A DNA stretch of 64,000 bases from an uncultured Nitrososphaerota archaeon. Its GTDB lineage: Archaea; Thermoproteota; Nitrososphaeria; Nitrososphaerales; Gagatemarchaeaceae. Shown piece by piece: positions 8,874 to 18,509 of this stretch. Below the pieces are notes generated by a model. That model searched no databases, was not told where the DNA came from, and saw only the letters and a list, made by a program, of their open reading frames with translations. The position numbers and the translations under genes are program-made. The stretch spans positions 64,001 through 128,000 of the forward strand of contig CAWISW010000003.1 of NCBI GenBank assembly GCA_963838925.1, in the 5' to 3' direction. Numbering within the stretch: position 1 is the stretch's first letter; every line of letters begins with the position of its first letter.

Positions 8874-9797
8874 ATGGCCAAGAAGATTAGCATCGCCGTC
8901 AACATGTACAACTTCCAGTGGACATTCCCAGAGATGGTCGCTGACGAACTTGGACTCTTCGCGAAGCACGGCCTGGAAGCCAAGTGGCTGGACGTAACGC
9001 CCTCCGGGACTGCCGACAAGGCCGCGCTCTACACCGAGCTCCTCAAGAGCAAGAAGACGGACATCTACCATGCCGGGGAGTGGGTGTGCATCAACAGGGT
9101 CCTAGGCTCAAAAGGCTCTTGGATACTCTCAAAGTCGCTCCCATCGCCGGGGACGCTGAACTCCACGTTCTCGCTCTTTGTCAGAAAGGAGTCGGGCTAC
9201 ACCGCCCCGGGCATGCTCAGGGACAAGCCCGTCGCGATCGAGATGGGGACGGGGGCGTACTACACCACCGTGAGCGACCTCGAGCGCTTCATGCCCAGGG
9301 AGTCCGCGAAGCTGGTGCAGGTGGGAGAGCCGCACAAGCGCTTCTTGGCGCTCATCAACAAGGAGGTCGAGGCCGCCTCGCTGCTCAGCCCTTGGGCCGA
9401 CTTTGCGAAGGCCGCGTCGCTGGTGGAGATAGTCAAGACGACCAGGTCGAATCCGACCACCATCGTGGTGCGTAAGGACGACGACGTCGACAAGCTCAGG
9501 CGCTTCTTCGTCGCGACGAACGCAGCGATTGACAAGATGAACAAGAAGCCCGACGACTTCCGGGAGCTCTACTTCGAGAAGGTGGACCGGGCTATGCGCG
9601 AGATGCCCGCGAAGGTCAAGAGGATGGGAGCCGGCATGAGGAAGACCATCCCCGTCCCCAAGTGGAACCACTGGGTCGCCTACGAAAAGAGGGACTTCGA
9701 CCAGACCTACGAATGGATGGTCGAGAGGGGCCTTGCGCCGAGCGGGCACGCGAGCAGAGAGGTCGTCGCCGCCAACGCCGACAAGGTCTTCGGCTAG
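8874..9797 (+). CDS. NitT/TauT (SsuA/NMT1-like) substrate-binding-fold protein, no signal peptide
   Basis: VADELGLFAKHGLE, LRDKPVAI, EVEAASLLSPW; ATG at 8874; no hydrophobic N-terminus; no adjacent permease. Confidence 0.75.
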   Translation: MAKKISIAVNMYNFQWTFPEMVADELGLFAKHGLEAKWLDVTPSGTADKAALYTELLKSKKTDIYHAGEWVCINRVLGSKGSWILSKSLPSPGTLNSTFSLFVRKESGYTAPGMLRDKPVAIEMGTGAYYTTVSDLERFMPRESAKLVQVGEPHKRFLALINKEVEAASLLSPWADFAKAASLVEIVKTTRSNPTTIVVRKDDDVDKLRRFFVATNAAIDKMNKKPDDFRELYFEKVDRAMREMPAKVKRMGAGMRKTIPVPKWNHWVAYEKRDFDQTYEWMVERGLAPSGHASREVVAANADKVFG

Positions 9798-10921
9798 TGC
9801 GAGAATTCCATCCGCTGGGGGACGGGTACCTGGCTTGCCTTTCCGGCGTTGGGAGGATACGTCATGGCCATGATGCGGTTCTTGAGCTGGCGCAGCCCGT
9901 CGCCCCTCACCGCTGAGATCTTGACTATGGTGAAGCCCGAGAAGAGGTCGTCCTCCTCGACTTGGCGAAGCGCCGCCCCCTCAAGCAGGTCCACCTTGTT
10001 GAGGACCAGCACGGTCTTCTTGGGGTCCACCTTGAGGGCGTCCAGGATCTCCCGGCAGCTGTTGAGCTTGATCGCCATGCTCTCCCTCTCCTCGCTTGCG
10101 TCGACCATCAGTAGGACCATGTCAGAGTAGGTCAACTCCTCGAGCGTGGACTTGAACGACTCCACCATGTAGGTGGGTATGCGCGAGATGAAGCCCACGG
10201 TGTCCGAGAGCATTATCTTCCTTCGCGGGTCGCCCAGGCTCACGGACCGCATGGTCGTCGTGAGCGTGGTGAACAGCTTGGGCGACTCCTCCCTCGCCTC
10301 GGCGGCGAGCTTGTTGAACAGGGTCGTCTTCCCGCTGCTGGTGTAGCCCGCGAGCGAGACGAAGGGGAGCCCCAGCTTCTTCCTCTCGGTGCGGTGAAGG
10401 TTCCTGTTGGCCTGCGCCCTCTCGAGCCTCTGGTTGATGAACACCATCCTCTTCTTGAGGGCCCTGAACTTGATGTCGACCATGGTCTCCCCCATGCCCA
10501 TGAAGCCCGCCCTCTCGCCGTTGGCGGAGTAGCGGACCGCGTCCCTCGCGCGCGGCATCTCGTACTTGAGCTCGGCGAGCTGGACCTGGAGCTTGGCCTC
10601 CGTCGTGGTCGCCCGCCTCGCGAAGATGTTCAAGATGAGCCTGTCCCTGTCGACGATCTCGCAGCGGGTGACCATGGCGAGCTTGTTCGCCTGCGAGGAG
10701 GTGACCTCCTCGTCTATGATCAGGATCTTGGAGCCGTTCTTGCTCACCATGTCGCGGAGCTCCTCGGCCTTGCCCACGCCGACGCCGTACTCGGACTTCA
10801 CGACCCGCTTCTGCGTGATCATGCCCACCACAGTGTAGCCGGCGCGCTCGGCTAGCTCCCTGATCTCCTGCTTGGAGAACTCGTCTGGGTAGGTCACGAT
10901 GGTGGCCTTGTCAGCGGGCAT
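9794..10921 (-). CDS. hflX: GTPase HflX
   Basis: ILNIFARRATTTEAKLQVQLA, GYTSSGKT, LFTTL, DTVGF, NKVD, ISA. Confidence 0.95.
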   Translation of the reverse strand: MPADKATIVTYPDEFSKQEIRELAERAGYTVVGMITQKRVVKSEYGVGVGKAEELRDMVSKNGSKILIIDEEVTSSQANKLAMVTRCEIVDRDRLILNIFARRATTTEAKLQVQLAELKYEMPRARDAVRYSANGERAGFMGMGETMVDIKFRALKKRMVFINQRLERAQANRNLHRTERKKLGLPFVSLAGYTSSGKTTLFNKLAAEAREESPKLFTTLTTTMRSVSLGDPRRKIMLSDTVGFISRIPTYMVESFKSTLEELTYSDMVLLMVDASEERESMAIKLNSCREILDALKVDPKKTVLVLNKVDLLEGAALRQVEEDDLFSGFTIVKISAVRGDGLRQLKNRIMAMTYPPNAGKASQVPVPQRMEFSH

Positions 10922-11035
10922 CTTTCTTCGTGCCAGCGTGCGCTCCGTGCGTTATAAGGAGGTGGTGCGGGCTGCTTCTGTCTAGTCAGCGCTTGGTGTG
11001 ACTGATTGAATGGCCTGTCCAAAACAGCTCAGGGA

Positions 11036-11335
11036 TTACGAACTCAATGTACAGATGGTACCCTGTTGCGGGGGAGTGCCGGTCACATAACAGCCAATGT
11101 GCAAGATCTCGAAGCGCCCGTCGTGCCATGCTCCGCCAACTCCGAACAACCTGTGAGTGACCGAGACATACCCGGGCAAGCGACTGACCATGTCGCTGCC
11201 GCAGAGCCCAACATACCCGGGAGGACAAATTGGGGAACTACTCTGGCTGATGTAGACAGGGACAAGAGGAACGAAGAACGAGAACATGAGAGCAATCCCT
11301 AGAGCCAGGAGTATGACGAGGGCCTTGCGCCTCAT
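11036..11335 (-). CDS. Small membrane-anchored 4-Cys hypothetical protein
   Basis: MRRK + TM + VPLVP, four Cys; AT-richer islet; resembles 44892-45209. Confidence 0.6.
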   Translation of the reverse strand: MRRKALVILLALGIALMFSFFVPLVPVYISQSSSPICPPGYVGLCGSDMVSRLPGYVSVTHRLFGVGGAWHDGRFEILHIGCYVTGTPPQQGTICTLSS

Positions 11336-11452
11336 AGTCGCCTTCTTTCGCGCTTAGACTAATGTCTTACGTTGAATCATTTGTCTATCGCCGATTCTCT
11401 ACTCGCATTCCGAATGTCCTAACCAAACGAAGAGAGGACAGAACCTGCGGGC

Positions 11453-12052
11453 TCACAGCAGCGGGACGTTCGGAGGCGTGTCGGTGACCGGCTCCTTCCC
11501 CGCCAGGATGGCGCCGTACCTCTTCATCACCCGCAGGTTTCTCCCGACCAGCAGCCCCACGCCCAACGAGAGCAGAACGTCGGTCGCGATTCCCGCATAT
11601 ATCGCAGTCGAGGACAGCGCGGGCGAGGCCCCGACAAAGGTGAAAGTGAAGGCCTGCGGGCCGATGAAGGCCAAGTCGATCGCTATCCTCGCGAAGAGCC
11701 CCACGATGTAGATCACGTAGACGACTATAGCCCCCTTGAAGTAGATGGAGCCGTCTGCCCCCTTCCAGAAGCCTATCCGCGCGTCCGAAAACTGGTATGA
11801 GCCGTACGCGCCTGCCGCCCCGACCAGCGCGTAGAGGACTAGGTCGACCGAAGAGACGCCGCCCGCGACCACGGACACTGCTATGAGAAGGCCGGCGAAC
11901 CCGAGGTAGTAGATCGAGAAGAGTATCGTCCTCCCCTTGCTGACCTTCGACCCCCGGATGACCCTGGTGAACCGTCGGATGACCAGGAGCATGAGTATGC
12001 CCAGGAAGACGTAGACCGAAGAGTAGTCAGCGCCGGTGCCCCCAGAGGCCAC
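11453..12052 (-). CDS. Integral membrane protein, CcdC/DUF1453-like
   Basis: About five TM helices; GSIYFKG...ARIA pattern. Confidence 0.55.
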   Translation of the reverse strand: MASGGTGADYSSVYVFLGILMLLVIRRFTRVIRGSKVSKGRTILFSIYYLGFAGLLIAVSVVAGGVSSVDLVLYALVGAAGAYGSYQFSDARIGFWKGADGSIYFKGAIVVYVIYIVGLFARIAIDLAFIGPQAFTFTFVGASPALSSTAIYAGIATDVLLSLGVGLLVGRNLRVMKRYGAILAGKEPVTDTPPNVPLL

Positions 12053-12103
12053 GCCTCCGGCTGGCTTCGAAAGTTTAGATGAAGTTTTCCGTCGAAGCCA
12101 AGG

Positions 12104-12412
12104 TCAGGGGCCGTCTTCGCCGAAGACCGCGAGGAACCCCTTCATCTTCCAGTAGATCTCGAGGAACTCGAGCCCCCGGGAGGTCACGCCGTAGTAGAAG
12201 ACGCCCGCCTCGTCGCCCTCCTCATCCTCGGCGGCTATCTTCCTCACGAGCCCGTTCGCGGTGAGGGCCTCGACCATGACCTTGAGCCTGTCCACGGGGA
12301 CGCCCACGCCGTAGGAGATCCTCGTTATCCGGCCCCCCTCAGGATAGCGGCGGATCACCTCGAGGATGGTCGCGTAGAGGTCGACCTTCGTCCTCTTCGC
12401 TCTGCCGGTCAC
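12104..12412 (-). CDS. Winged helix-turn-helix transcriptional regulator (archaeal HTH_45-like)
   Basis: KRTKVDLYATILE, ITRISYG, L..NGLV, YGVTSRGLEFL; GTG at 12412 chosen. Confidence 0.8.
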   Translation of the reverse strand: MTGRAKRTKVDLYATILEVIRRYPEGGRITRISYGVGVPVDRLKVMVEALTANGLVRKIAAEDEEGDEAGVFYYGVTSRGLEFLEIYWKMKGFLAVFGEDGP

Positions 12413-12495
12413 GACGCGGACCCCCTCACGCTGCGAGCCTCCACCGCGGTTGCGCTTGCAGCTCAACGCCAGGGACGCTCGAAGTCGTCACTCCC

Positions 12496-13741
12496 TCAAA
12501 GCGGGAAGGCGGGGAGCTCAGTGACCTTCACTGAAGGGCGAGTCAGGAACTGGCGGCCGCCGCTCCTGCGCAGTTCTTGCGTGTATGTCACTTGGTCGAC
12601 CGTGCAGCCGTCGCCCAGCTCGACCCTGTCGGCGAAGATTCTTCCGCATCTCGAGTTCGAGCCGAGCGCCACCTCCGCCCCGTAGATGTCTCCCGCGTCG
12701 GTCATCTTGCCTATGCCGCGCATGACCAGGGATTGTCCGGCCCAGCGCGCGCCCCAGTTGGCTAGCACGAGGCCGCTCTTCCCTAGCTCGACGCGCTCGC
12801 CGACGAGTGCGCCCCTGCACCTGGTCCCGGTCCTGATGACGACGGACTTGGCCTTGAGGCCCTTCTCGGTCTCGACCTCTCCCGCTATGTCCGCCTGGTT
12901 GGTCAGCACGGCCTTGCTGGCACTGAACCTCCCCCCGACGCGAAGGTCCGAGCCCTTCAGCTCTGCGCCTACCTCGCAGGAGCCGTTGACGTCTAGCATC
13001 CCCTTCACCGAGAGCGAGCCTGAGACGTCGAGCTTCCCGTTGACGAGCACCTCTGACGAACTCAGGTCGCCGCGGACGTCGGTCATGCCTCCCACGTCCA
13101 CCTGCTCGCAGGAAAGGTCGCCCTCGACTGACAGCTTGCCGAACGTCGAGAGCTTCTTGCCGTCGCTGCCCGCGGGAAGGGTGCACTTGCCGTAGACCTG
13201 GAGCTCCCCGAACTCCAACTTCGCGGTGCTCGAGAATATCCCGCCGACCCTCGTCTGCCCCTTGATGATGCCGCCCCCGACGTCTGCCTTCCCGCCTACG
13301 CCGAGGTTGGTCAGCCTCACCGCTCCGGCGACGGAAGACCTTCCCTCCCACTTCGACGGATTCGGCCTCCAGCGTCTCATCGACGTCCACGAGTCCGCCG
13401 ACCCGCACTGAGCCCCCGCACGATATCGATCTGGCGATCATCTTGCCTCCCACGTCGATGTCGTGGGCGCTTATCCTGCCGCTCGCCTCCACTGTGTGGG
13501 CGACGTCCAAGCTCTTGTGGACGGTAAGGTTGCCCGAGACGGTCAGCTTGCCCATTTCGACCTTGAGGGAGTCGCACTCGAAGTCGCAGTCTATCTCCGC
13601 GTCGCCTTCGAAGTAGGCGCCCCCGGCGACGGTCACCGCCTTCCCCTTGGCGGCTATCTTGGCGCCCCTGCCCACCTTGAGCTCGCCGTCGACGTCATCG
13701 AGCCGTGTTGTGCTCCCCTTCTCGACCTGCGTGTCGGGCAT
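12496..13741 (-). pseudogene. Bactofilin-like (polymer-forming cytoskeletal) beta-helix protein split by a +1 frameshift
   Basis: Repeated [VL]xV[GS]G units in both ORFs 12518..13741 (N-part) and 12496..13380 (C-part); removing one A at 13335/13336 gives a continuous 414-aa protein ...VEVGGKVSVAGAVRL... Confidence 0.75.
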
Positions 13742-13756
13742 GGTTTCCCCGCCAGC

Positions 13757-14605
13757 CTACTCGGGCTTCATCGACCTAGCCGCGGCCCAATAGCCAAGGA
13801 TGGCCATGACGACCACGAATCCCACGAGGTAGAGCATGTCGCCCACGAAGGTGCCCATCATGCCGTTCGCGGCCGGGTTGCCGCTGACGATGAGGATCCT
13901 CGCCGCCTCGTCCGCCTTTGAGATGGGGTTGACGCTGGAGATTGACTGCAGCCAGCTCGGGAAGGAGCTCGACGGGAAGAGGGAGCTGCTCATGAATATC
14001 AGCGGGAGGTTGATGAAGTTCACCACGGCGATGAGGGAGTCGATGCTCCTTGCGAGGAGCGCGAGGGAGGTGAAGATACAGGAGAGGCCCAGGCCCAGGA
14101 GCGTGAACGCGGCGAAGGCCCCGAGCAGCTCGAGGATGCCGAAGCTCGAAGTGAGCTTGAGGCCGTCAGGGATGACGAGGGCGATGACGAAGGTGAGGAC
14201 CGCGAGGAGCATCGCCTTCGCGAGGTTCTGGAAGACCCCCGAGAAGTAGATGGAGGCCCGGGGGATTGGCGACGTCAGCAGGGTGTTGAAGTAACCGAGC
14301 TGCCTGTCGAGGACGATGTCGATCCCGCCGAAGGACATGTTGAAGACGATGATGAGGCAGATCACCCCCGCCGTGAGGTAGGTGATGTAGGTCGCGGCTC
14401 CCCCGAAAGTACTGTTGAGTATCGCCGACTTGATGGCTGTGCTTGAGCCGCCCGCCGAGGCGGGGACGAGGTTGGTTGGGTTGAACGAGTTCCCGAACAG
14501 CGCGAGGTAGAACGCGGCCGTCGCTAGGCCCGGGATGATGGTGAAGGGGTTCCTGACCCACTTCTTGAGCGCCCTGTTGGTGAGTGCTAGAGTCTCGTCA
14601 AACAT
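13757..14605 (-). CDS. ABC-2 type exporter permease
   Basis: DRQLGYFNTLLTSP, FMSSSLFP...PSWLQ...NP; six TM. Confidence 0.9.
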   Translation of the reverse strand: MFDETLALTNRALKKWVRNPFTIIPGLATAAFYLALFGNSFNPTNLVPASAGGSSTAIKSAILNSTFGGAATYITYLTAGVICLIIVFNMSFGGIDIVLDRQLGYFNTLLTSPIPRASIYFSGVFQNLAKAMLLAVLTFVIALVIPDGLKLTSSFGILELLGAFAAFTLLGLGLSCIFTSLALLARSIDSLIAVVNFINLPLIFMSSSLFPSSSFPSWLQSISSVNPISKADEAARILIVSGNPAANGMMGTFVGDMLYLVGFVVVMAILGYWAAARSMKPE

Positions 14606-14611
14606 GGTGAC

Positions 14612-15610
14612 TCACTTCATCCTCTCCGTGATGATGTTCTGGATGTAGGACTCGCTCTCCCCGGCGGCCTCGTCGCGCATCGACTTGCCGGTGACCTCGA
14701 GGAAGACCTCGTCGAGCGTCGGCTTGGTGAAGGCTATCTCCTTGATCTCGAGGCCCTTCTTCGTGATCCCCTCGACTATCGCGGGGAGGGCCTTCTCGGT
14801 CTTCGGGAGCTTGATGCGGTACGACTGGTCGGTCTTGACCACGTCGTGGACGTCGGGGATCGACCTCAGGAAGTCGGTGATGTCGGGCCCTGCGGTCAGC
14901 TCGATCGTCAGGACGTCCCCTCCCACCCTCTCCTTGAGCTGGGAGGGCGACCCGGACACCTTGATCACGCCGTGGTCGATGATGGCGACGCGGTTGCAGA
15001 GGCCGTCCGCCTCCTCGAGGTAGTGGGTGGTCATGAAGATGGTAAGGCCCTGCTCCTTGTTGAGCTTGCCCATGTACTCCCACATCTTCGTCCTCGTCTG
15101 GATGTCCAGGCCGAGGGTGGGCTCGTCCAGGAAGAGGATCTTGGGCGTGTGGATGAGGCCTATCGCGAGCTGGAGGCGCCTCCGCATCCCGCCGGAGTAG
15201 GTCTTGACCCGTCTGCGCGCGGCGCCGTCTAGGTCGACCAGCTTCAGGAGCTCGCCCGCCCTCTTCTTCGCCTCGTCTCCGCGGACGTGGTGGAGGCGGG
15301 CGGAGAGCAGGATGTTCTCCATGCCGTTGAGCTCGTCGTCGGCGGTCAGCTCTTGAGGGACCACGCCTATCACGTCCCTGACCTTCGCGGGGTGCTTGGT
15401 CACGTCCTGCCCCGCTACGGTCGCCCTGCCGCTGGTTATCGACGCGATCGTATTGAGCATCTTGATCGTCGTGGTCTTCCCGGCGCCGTTGGGGCCGAGG
15501 AACCCGAAGATCTCCCCCTCCTCGACGGAGAAGGAGATGTTGTCGACCGCCTTGATCTTGCCCTTGTAGACCTTCGTGAGGTTCTCGGCCTCGATGATCT
15601 TCCCTGTCAA
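14612..15610 (-). CDS. ABC exporter ATP-binding protein (DrrA-like)
   Basis: GPNGAGKT, YSGGM, FLDEPT, TTHYLEEAD, PTLDEVFL. Confidence 0.93.
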   Translation of the reverse strand: MTGKIIEAENLTKVYKGKIKAVDNISFSVEEGEIFGFLGPNGAGKTTTIKMLNTIASITSGRATVAGQDVTKHPAKVRDVIGVVPQELTADDELNGMENILLSARLHHVRGDEAKKRAGELLKLVDLDGAARRRVKTYSGGMRRRLQLAIGLIHTPKILFLDEPTLGLDIQTRTKMWEYMGKLNKEQGLTIFMTTHYLEEADGLCNRVAIIDHGVIKVSGSPSQLKERVGGDVLTIELTAGPDITDFLRSIPDVHDVVKTDQSYRIKLPKTEKALPAIVEGITKKGLEIKEIAFTKPTLDEVFLEVTGKSMRDEAAGESESYIQNIITERMK

Positions 15611-15617
15611 TTGCCAC

Positions 15618-15764
15618 TCACGCGTTCAAACCTGTTCTTATCCTTAATCCGGACGCGAAGGCTGCTGCCATCGGGTCGGTGTTCGATAGCCTCGTCGCGG
15701 ACAAGTACGTCTCGTCGGTGGAGCGCGCCTCGGCGCCTTTCGGGTTGGGCTTCTTGCCAAACAT
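15618..15764 (-). CDS. Possible 48-aa small protein leading the ABC-2 operon
   Basis: ATG 15764, MFGKKPNPKG...; TATATA ~37 nt upstream; stop 7 nt before the drrA-like TTG. Confidence 0.35.
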   Translation of the reverse strand: MFGKKPNPKGAEARSTDETYLSATRLSNTDPMAAAFASGLRIRTGLNA

Positions 15765-15857
15765 CACGCTTTCACGACGAGCCGAAACGCTCCAGCTCGT
15801 ATATACTCGGCTCACGGCTTGTAATCACAGGATGTTAGCGGGCCCGGAGGGAGCGAG

Positions 15858-16196
15858 CTAAGGCCGCTTGATGTTTGTCACGAGCAGCCTGAACTGCAGC
15901 GTCTTTCCAGCCATCTGGTGCCTCCCGGTCTTCCCGTACGCCTTCTCCGGCGGGATCGTCACTTCCTTGGTCTCGTTGACCTTCATCCCGACGAGCGCCT
16001 CCTCGAAGCCTGGGATGACCTGGTGCGCCCCCAGGACGACCTGGAGGGGCTTGTAGTCGCGGGCCCGGTTGAAGATGCCGGCCTTCTCCGCCTCGGCCTT
16101 CATGCTCGTGTCGAAGACCTTCCCTCCCGGGAACTTCCCAAGGTAGTGGACCGATATGGTGTCCCCGTTCTGGGCGGACAGCGCGCTCGTTGACAT
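15858..16196 (-). CDS. FKBP-type peptidyl-prolyl isomerase (short archaeal type)
   Basis: GDTISVHYLG, VFDTS, QVIPGFEEAL, IPPEKAYG, AGKTLQF; ATG at 16196. Confidence 0.92.
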   Translation of the reverse strand: MSTSALSAQNGDTISVHYLGKFPGGKVFDTSMKAEAEKAGIFNRARDYKPLQVVLGAHQVIPGFEEALVGMKVNETKEVTIPPEKAYGKTGRHQMAGKTLQFRLLVTNIKRP

Positions 16197-16284
16197 CGGA
16201 GCCTGACGACCCCGAGGCATCCCTTTAACGATTTTGCACATAGCGTTATTATTGACCGGCCAGTCAATCCAAGAGTGATGGGAG

Positions 16285-17031
16285 ATGAGGAAGGTCGCAG
16301 TGCTCGCAGCAGCGGCTTTGCTGCTGATCCTGATAGGCGTCTTAGTGGTGGACAGTGCTTTGTTTGGCGGCCCACGGCAGCAAACGACTGAGAGCGGTGC
16401 GTCAGAGACAACCAGTTATTCGTTAGTCGGGACAAACGAGACAGCGTCGGTTTCCTCAATCGAAGGGCTGAGGCTTTCGCTTAGCGTCAACACCACAGAA
16501 GTTGTGCCGGGCAGGCCCATTTTGATTTCTGTCGAAGAGCATAACACATCTCCTCAAGCCGTCAACGTAACCGCTGCGGACGACTGGGCCACCGAATCTT
16601 ATGGTAGCAATGGAGGGTGCTCGGGTCCTGACGTGGCAGGGTACGCCATCTTCGCGGGGAACCTTACGACCAGAGAGCTTTCGCACGAGACCAGGTTGCA
16701 ATTGTTTGGCATTGGAGGTTGCCTTCCCGCCGACAACGCGTACTCCTACCTCTTCCAACCGGAAAGCTCGAATGCGACGGAGGCCCACGGTTGCATCCCA
16801 AACGACAATGGCAACGGGGAAGCGAATTCGTGTTACGGCTGCGGTAGCCCGACACCGGGACCTTGCAACTACCTCAAGCTTGAGCCGATCCAAGCACGAG
16901 TGTCTAACTCTGTCGAGTCATACTATCTCAGTGATTCGGGCCCGTCACAGTTCGCTCTTGGTGCTTACACGGCCGTAGGCGTCGACGAGTGGGGAGCCAT
17001 CGTAATCATTCACTTCAGCGTCATGAGCTAG
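16285..17031 (+). CDS. Membrane-anchored extracellular Cys-rich hypothetical protein
   Basis: N-terminal TM, six Cys, NxS/T sequons, Ig-like C-terminal GAYTAVGVDEWG; AT-richer than flanks. Confidence 0.7.
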   Translation: MRKVAVLAAAALLLILIGVLVVDSALFGGPRQQTTESGASETTSYSLVGTNETASVSSIEGLRLSLSVNTTEVVPGRPILISVEEHNTSPQAVNVTAADDWATESYGSNGGCSGPDVAGYAIFAGNLTTRELSHETRLQLFGIGGCLPADNAYSYLFQPESSNATEAHGCIPNDNGNGEANSCYGCGSPTPGPCNYLKLEPIQARVSNSVESYYLSDSGPSQFALGAYTAVGVDEWGAIVIIHFSVMS

Positions 17032-17040
17032 GTTTCTAGC

Positions 17041-17430
17041 TCAGGACTTCGCGAACTTTAACGAGGCGGAGTTTATGCAGTAGCGCAGGCCGGTCGGCTC
17101 GGGCCCGTCGTCGAAGACGTGACCGAGGTGACTTCCGCACTGTCCACATTCTGCCTCCACCCTGTGCATGTCGTAGCTGTAGTCGTCCTCCTCCTTGACG
17201 TTCTCCTTCTTCGCGGGCTGCCAGAAGCTGGGCCACCCCGTGCCGGACTCGAACTTGGTCGAGGAGTCGAAGAGCTCCGCGCCGCAGACCGCGCACCGGT
17301 AGACGCCCTTGTCGTGGTTGTTGAGGTACTCTCCCGTGAAGGGCATCTCCGTCCCCTTGTTGACGCAGACGTCGGCCTGCTCGGGCGTAAGCTTCGCCCT
17401 CAGCTTCGCTATCTCGTCCTTCTTGAGCAT
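17041..17430 (-). CDS. msrB: Peptide-methionine (R)-S-oxide reductase
   Basis: [40 protein letters not shown]. Confidence 0.97.
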   Translation of the reverse strand: MLKKDEIAKLRAKLTPEQADVCVNKGTEMPFTGEYLNNHDKGVYRCAVCGAELFDSSTKFESGTGWPSFWQPAKKENVKEEDDYSYDMHRVEAECGQCGSHLGHVFDDGPEPTGLRYCINSASLKFAKS

Positions 17431-17532
17431 CGCGGATGACGGCCGCCCGGTCCCTGTTAAGCCGTTCGGCTCAGTCAGCCGATGGTTAAAGCGTTGGGTT
17501 GGGCTTAATAGTCTCCCCGTGTCTAGACACTT

Positions 17533-18435
17533 ATGCGACGGAGCGCGATGGGCGCGGCCGCAGCCGTCGGGGCGGCGATTGTCGTCGTTCTGGTTGTCGG
17601 CGCGGCGGCTTACTTCGTGTTGTCAGCAGGGGGCGGGACTACGTCGGTCTCAACCGTCCCTCCTGCTTCGAGCACGAGCAGCGCCACGTCGTCCGGCGCC
17701 GCGTCCGCCGCTTCTTCGACTATGGCTTCCAGCACGTCCTGCCCTTCCGAGTCGATTCCGTCTACTCTTCCGACCCTCAACGCTAGCTCGCTCATCACTC
17801 CCAGTGTGGTGACTGACTACGCGGCTTTGCTCGGAAACTTCTCGCAGATGTCCATCTCGCTACAGACAAACTCGTCTGCGGCGATTTCTTCGATCACTCC
17901 TACGGGCGCCTTGACCTTGGTCTCCTCCTACCAGGTCGTGGGCAAATCGGGCTCGGGGCCGGCAGAGGTCTACCAGGTCAGCGTGAATCAGCAGGTGCCT
18001 GGCTCGATGAACGAGACTCTCACCGCGTGGGTCCAGGCCAATGGGACGGTGAACGATGTGAACTTCCTCGGTCAGAACGTCACCGGTTCGGAGGGGACGG
18101 ACACCTTTGCGGGCTTCATGTCAGCCTTCACCATCGAGTTGCAAGAGCATGACAACCTCACCGAGTTCACCTCTTCCCCAGCCTCCCATATCGTCAACCA
18201 GACGACGGTGACTCTCGGACCGTCCACCCTGAACGTAACCAACTACGAGGAGACCGGGGCTCCGGTGGCGTTGGCCTCGTGCGTGGCGATTAGCAGCTTC
18301 GTGGTCCAGACAGGGACGCTTCCCGGAATCCCCTTCATCCTAGTGACGTACGAGAACCTTCAGGCCTCCGTCCAGACATCTTCCGGGACCGCGAACACAG
18401 GCCTCATCCTCAAGGTGCTTTCGGTCTCCAAATAG
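17533..18435 (+). CDS. Ser/Thr-rich membrane-anchored surface protein
   Basis: MRRSA + long hydrophobic stretch, S/T linker, many NxT/S sequons, two Cys. Confidence 0.7.
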   Translation: MRRSAMGAAAAVGAAIVVVLVVGAAAYFVLSAGGGTTSVSTVPPASSTSSATSSGAASAASSTMASSTSCPSESIPSTLPTLNASSLITPSVVTDYAALLGNFSQMSISLQTNSSAAISSITPTGALTLVSSYQVVGKSGSGPAEVYQVSVNQQVPGSMNETLTAWVQANGTVNDVNFLGQNVTGSEGTDTFAGFMSAFTIELQEHDNLTEFTSSPASHIVNQTTVTLGPSTLNVTNYEETGAPVALASCVAISSFVVQTGTLPGIPFILVTYENLQASVQTSSGTANTGLILKVLSVSK

Positions 18436-18509
18436 AAAGCATCCTCGGGTCCCTCGTTTTGACCAGACGCCCAGTTCCTCCGGTGTGGTCAGAGCCAAGC
18501 ATTGCCGGG

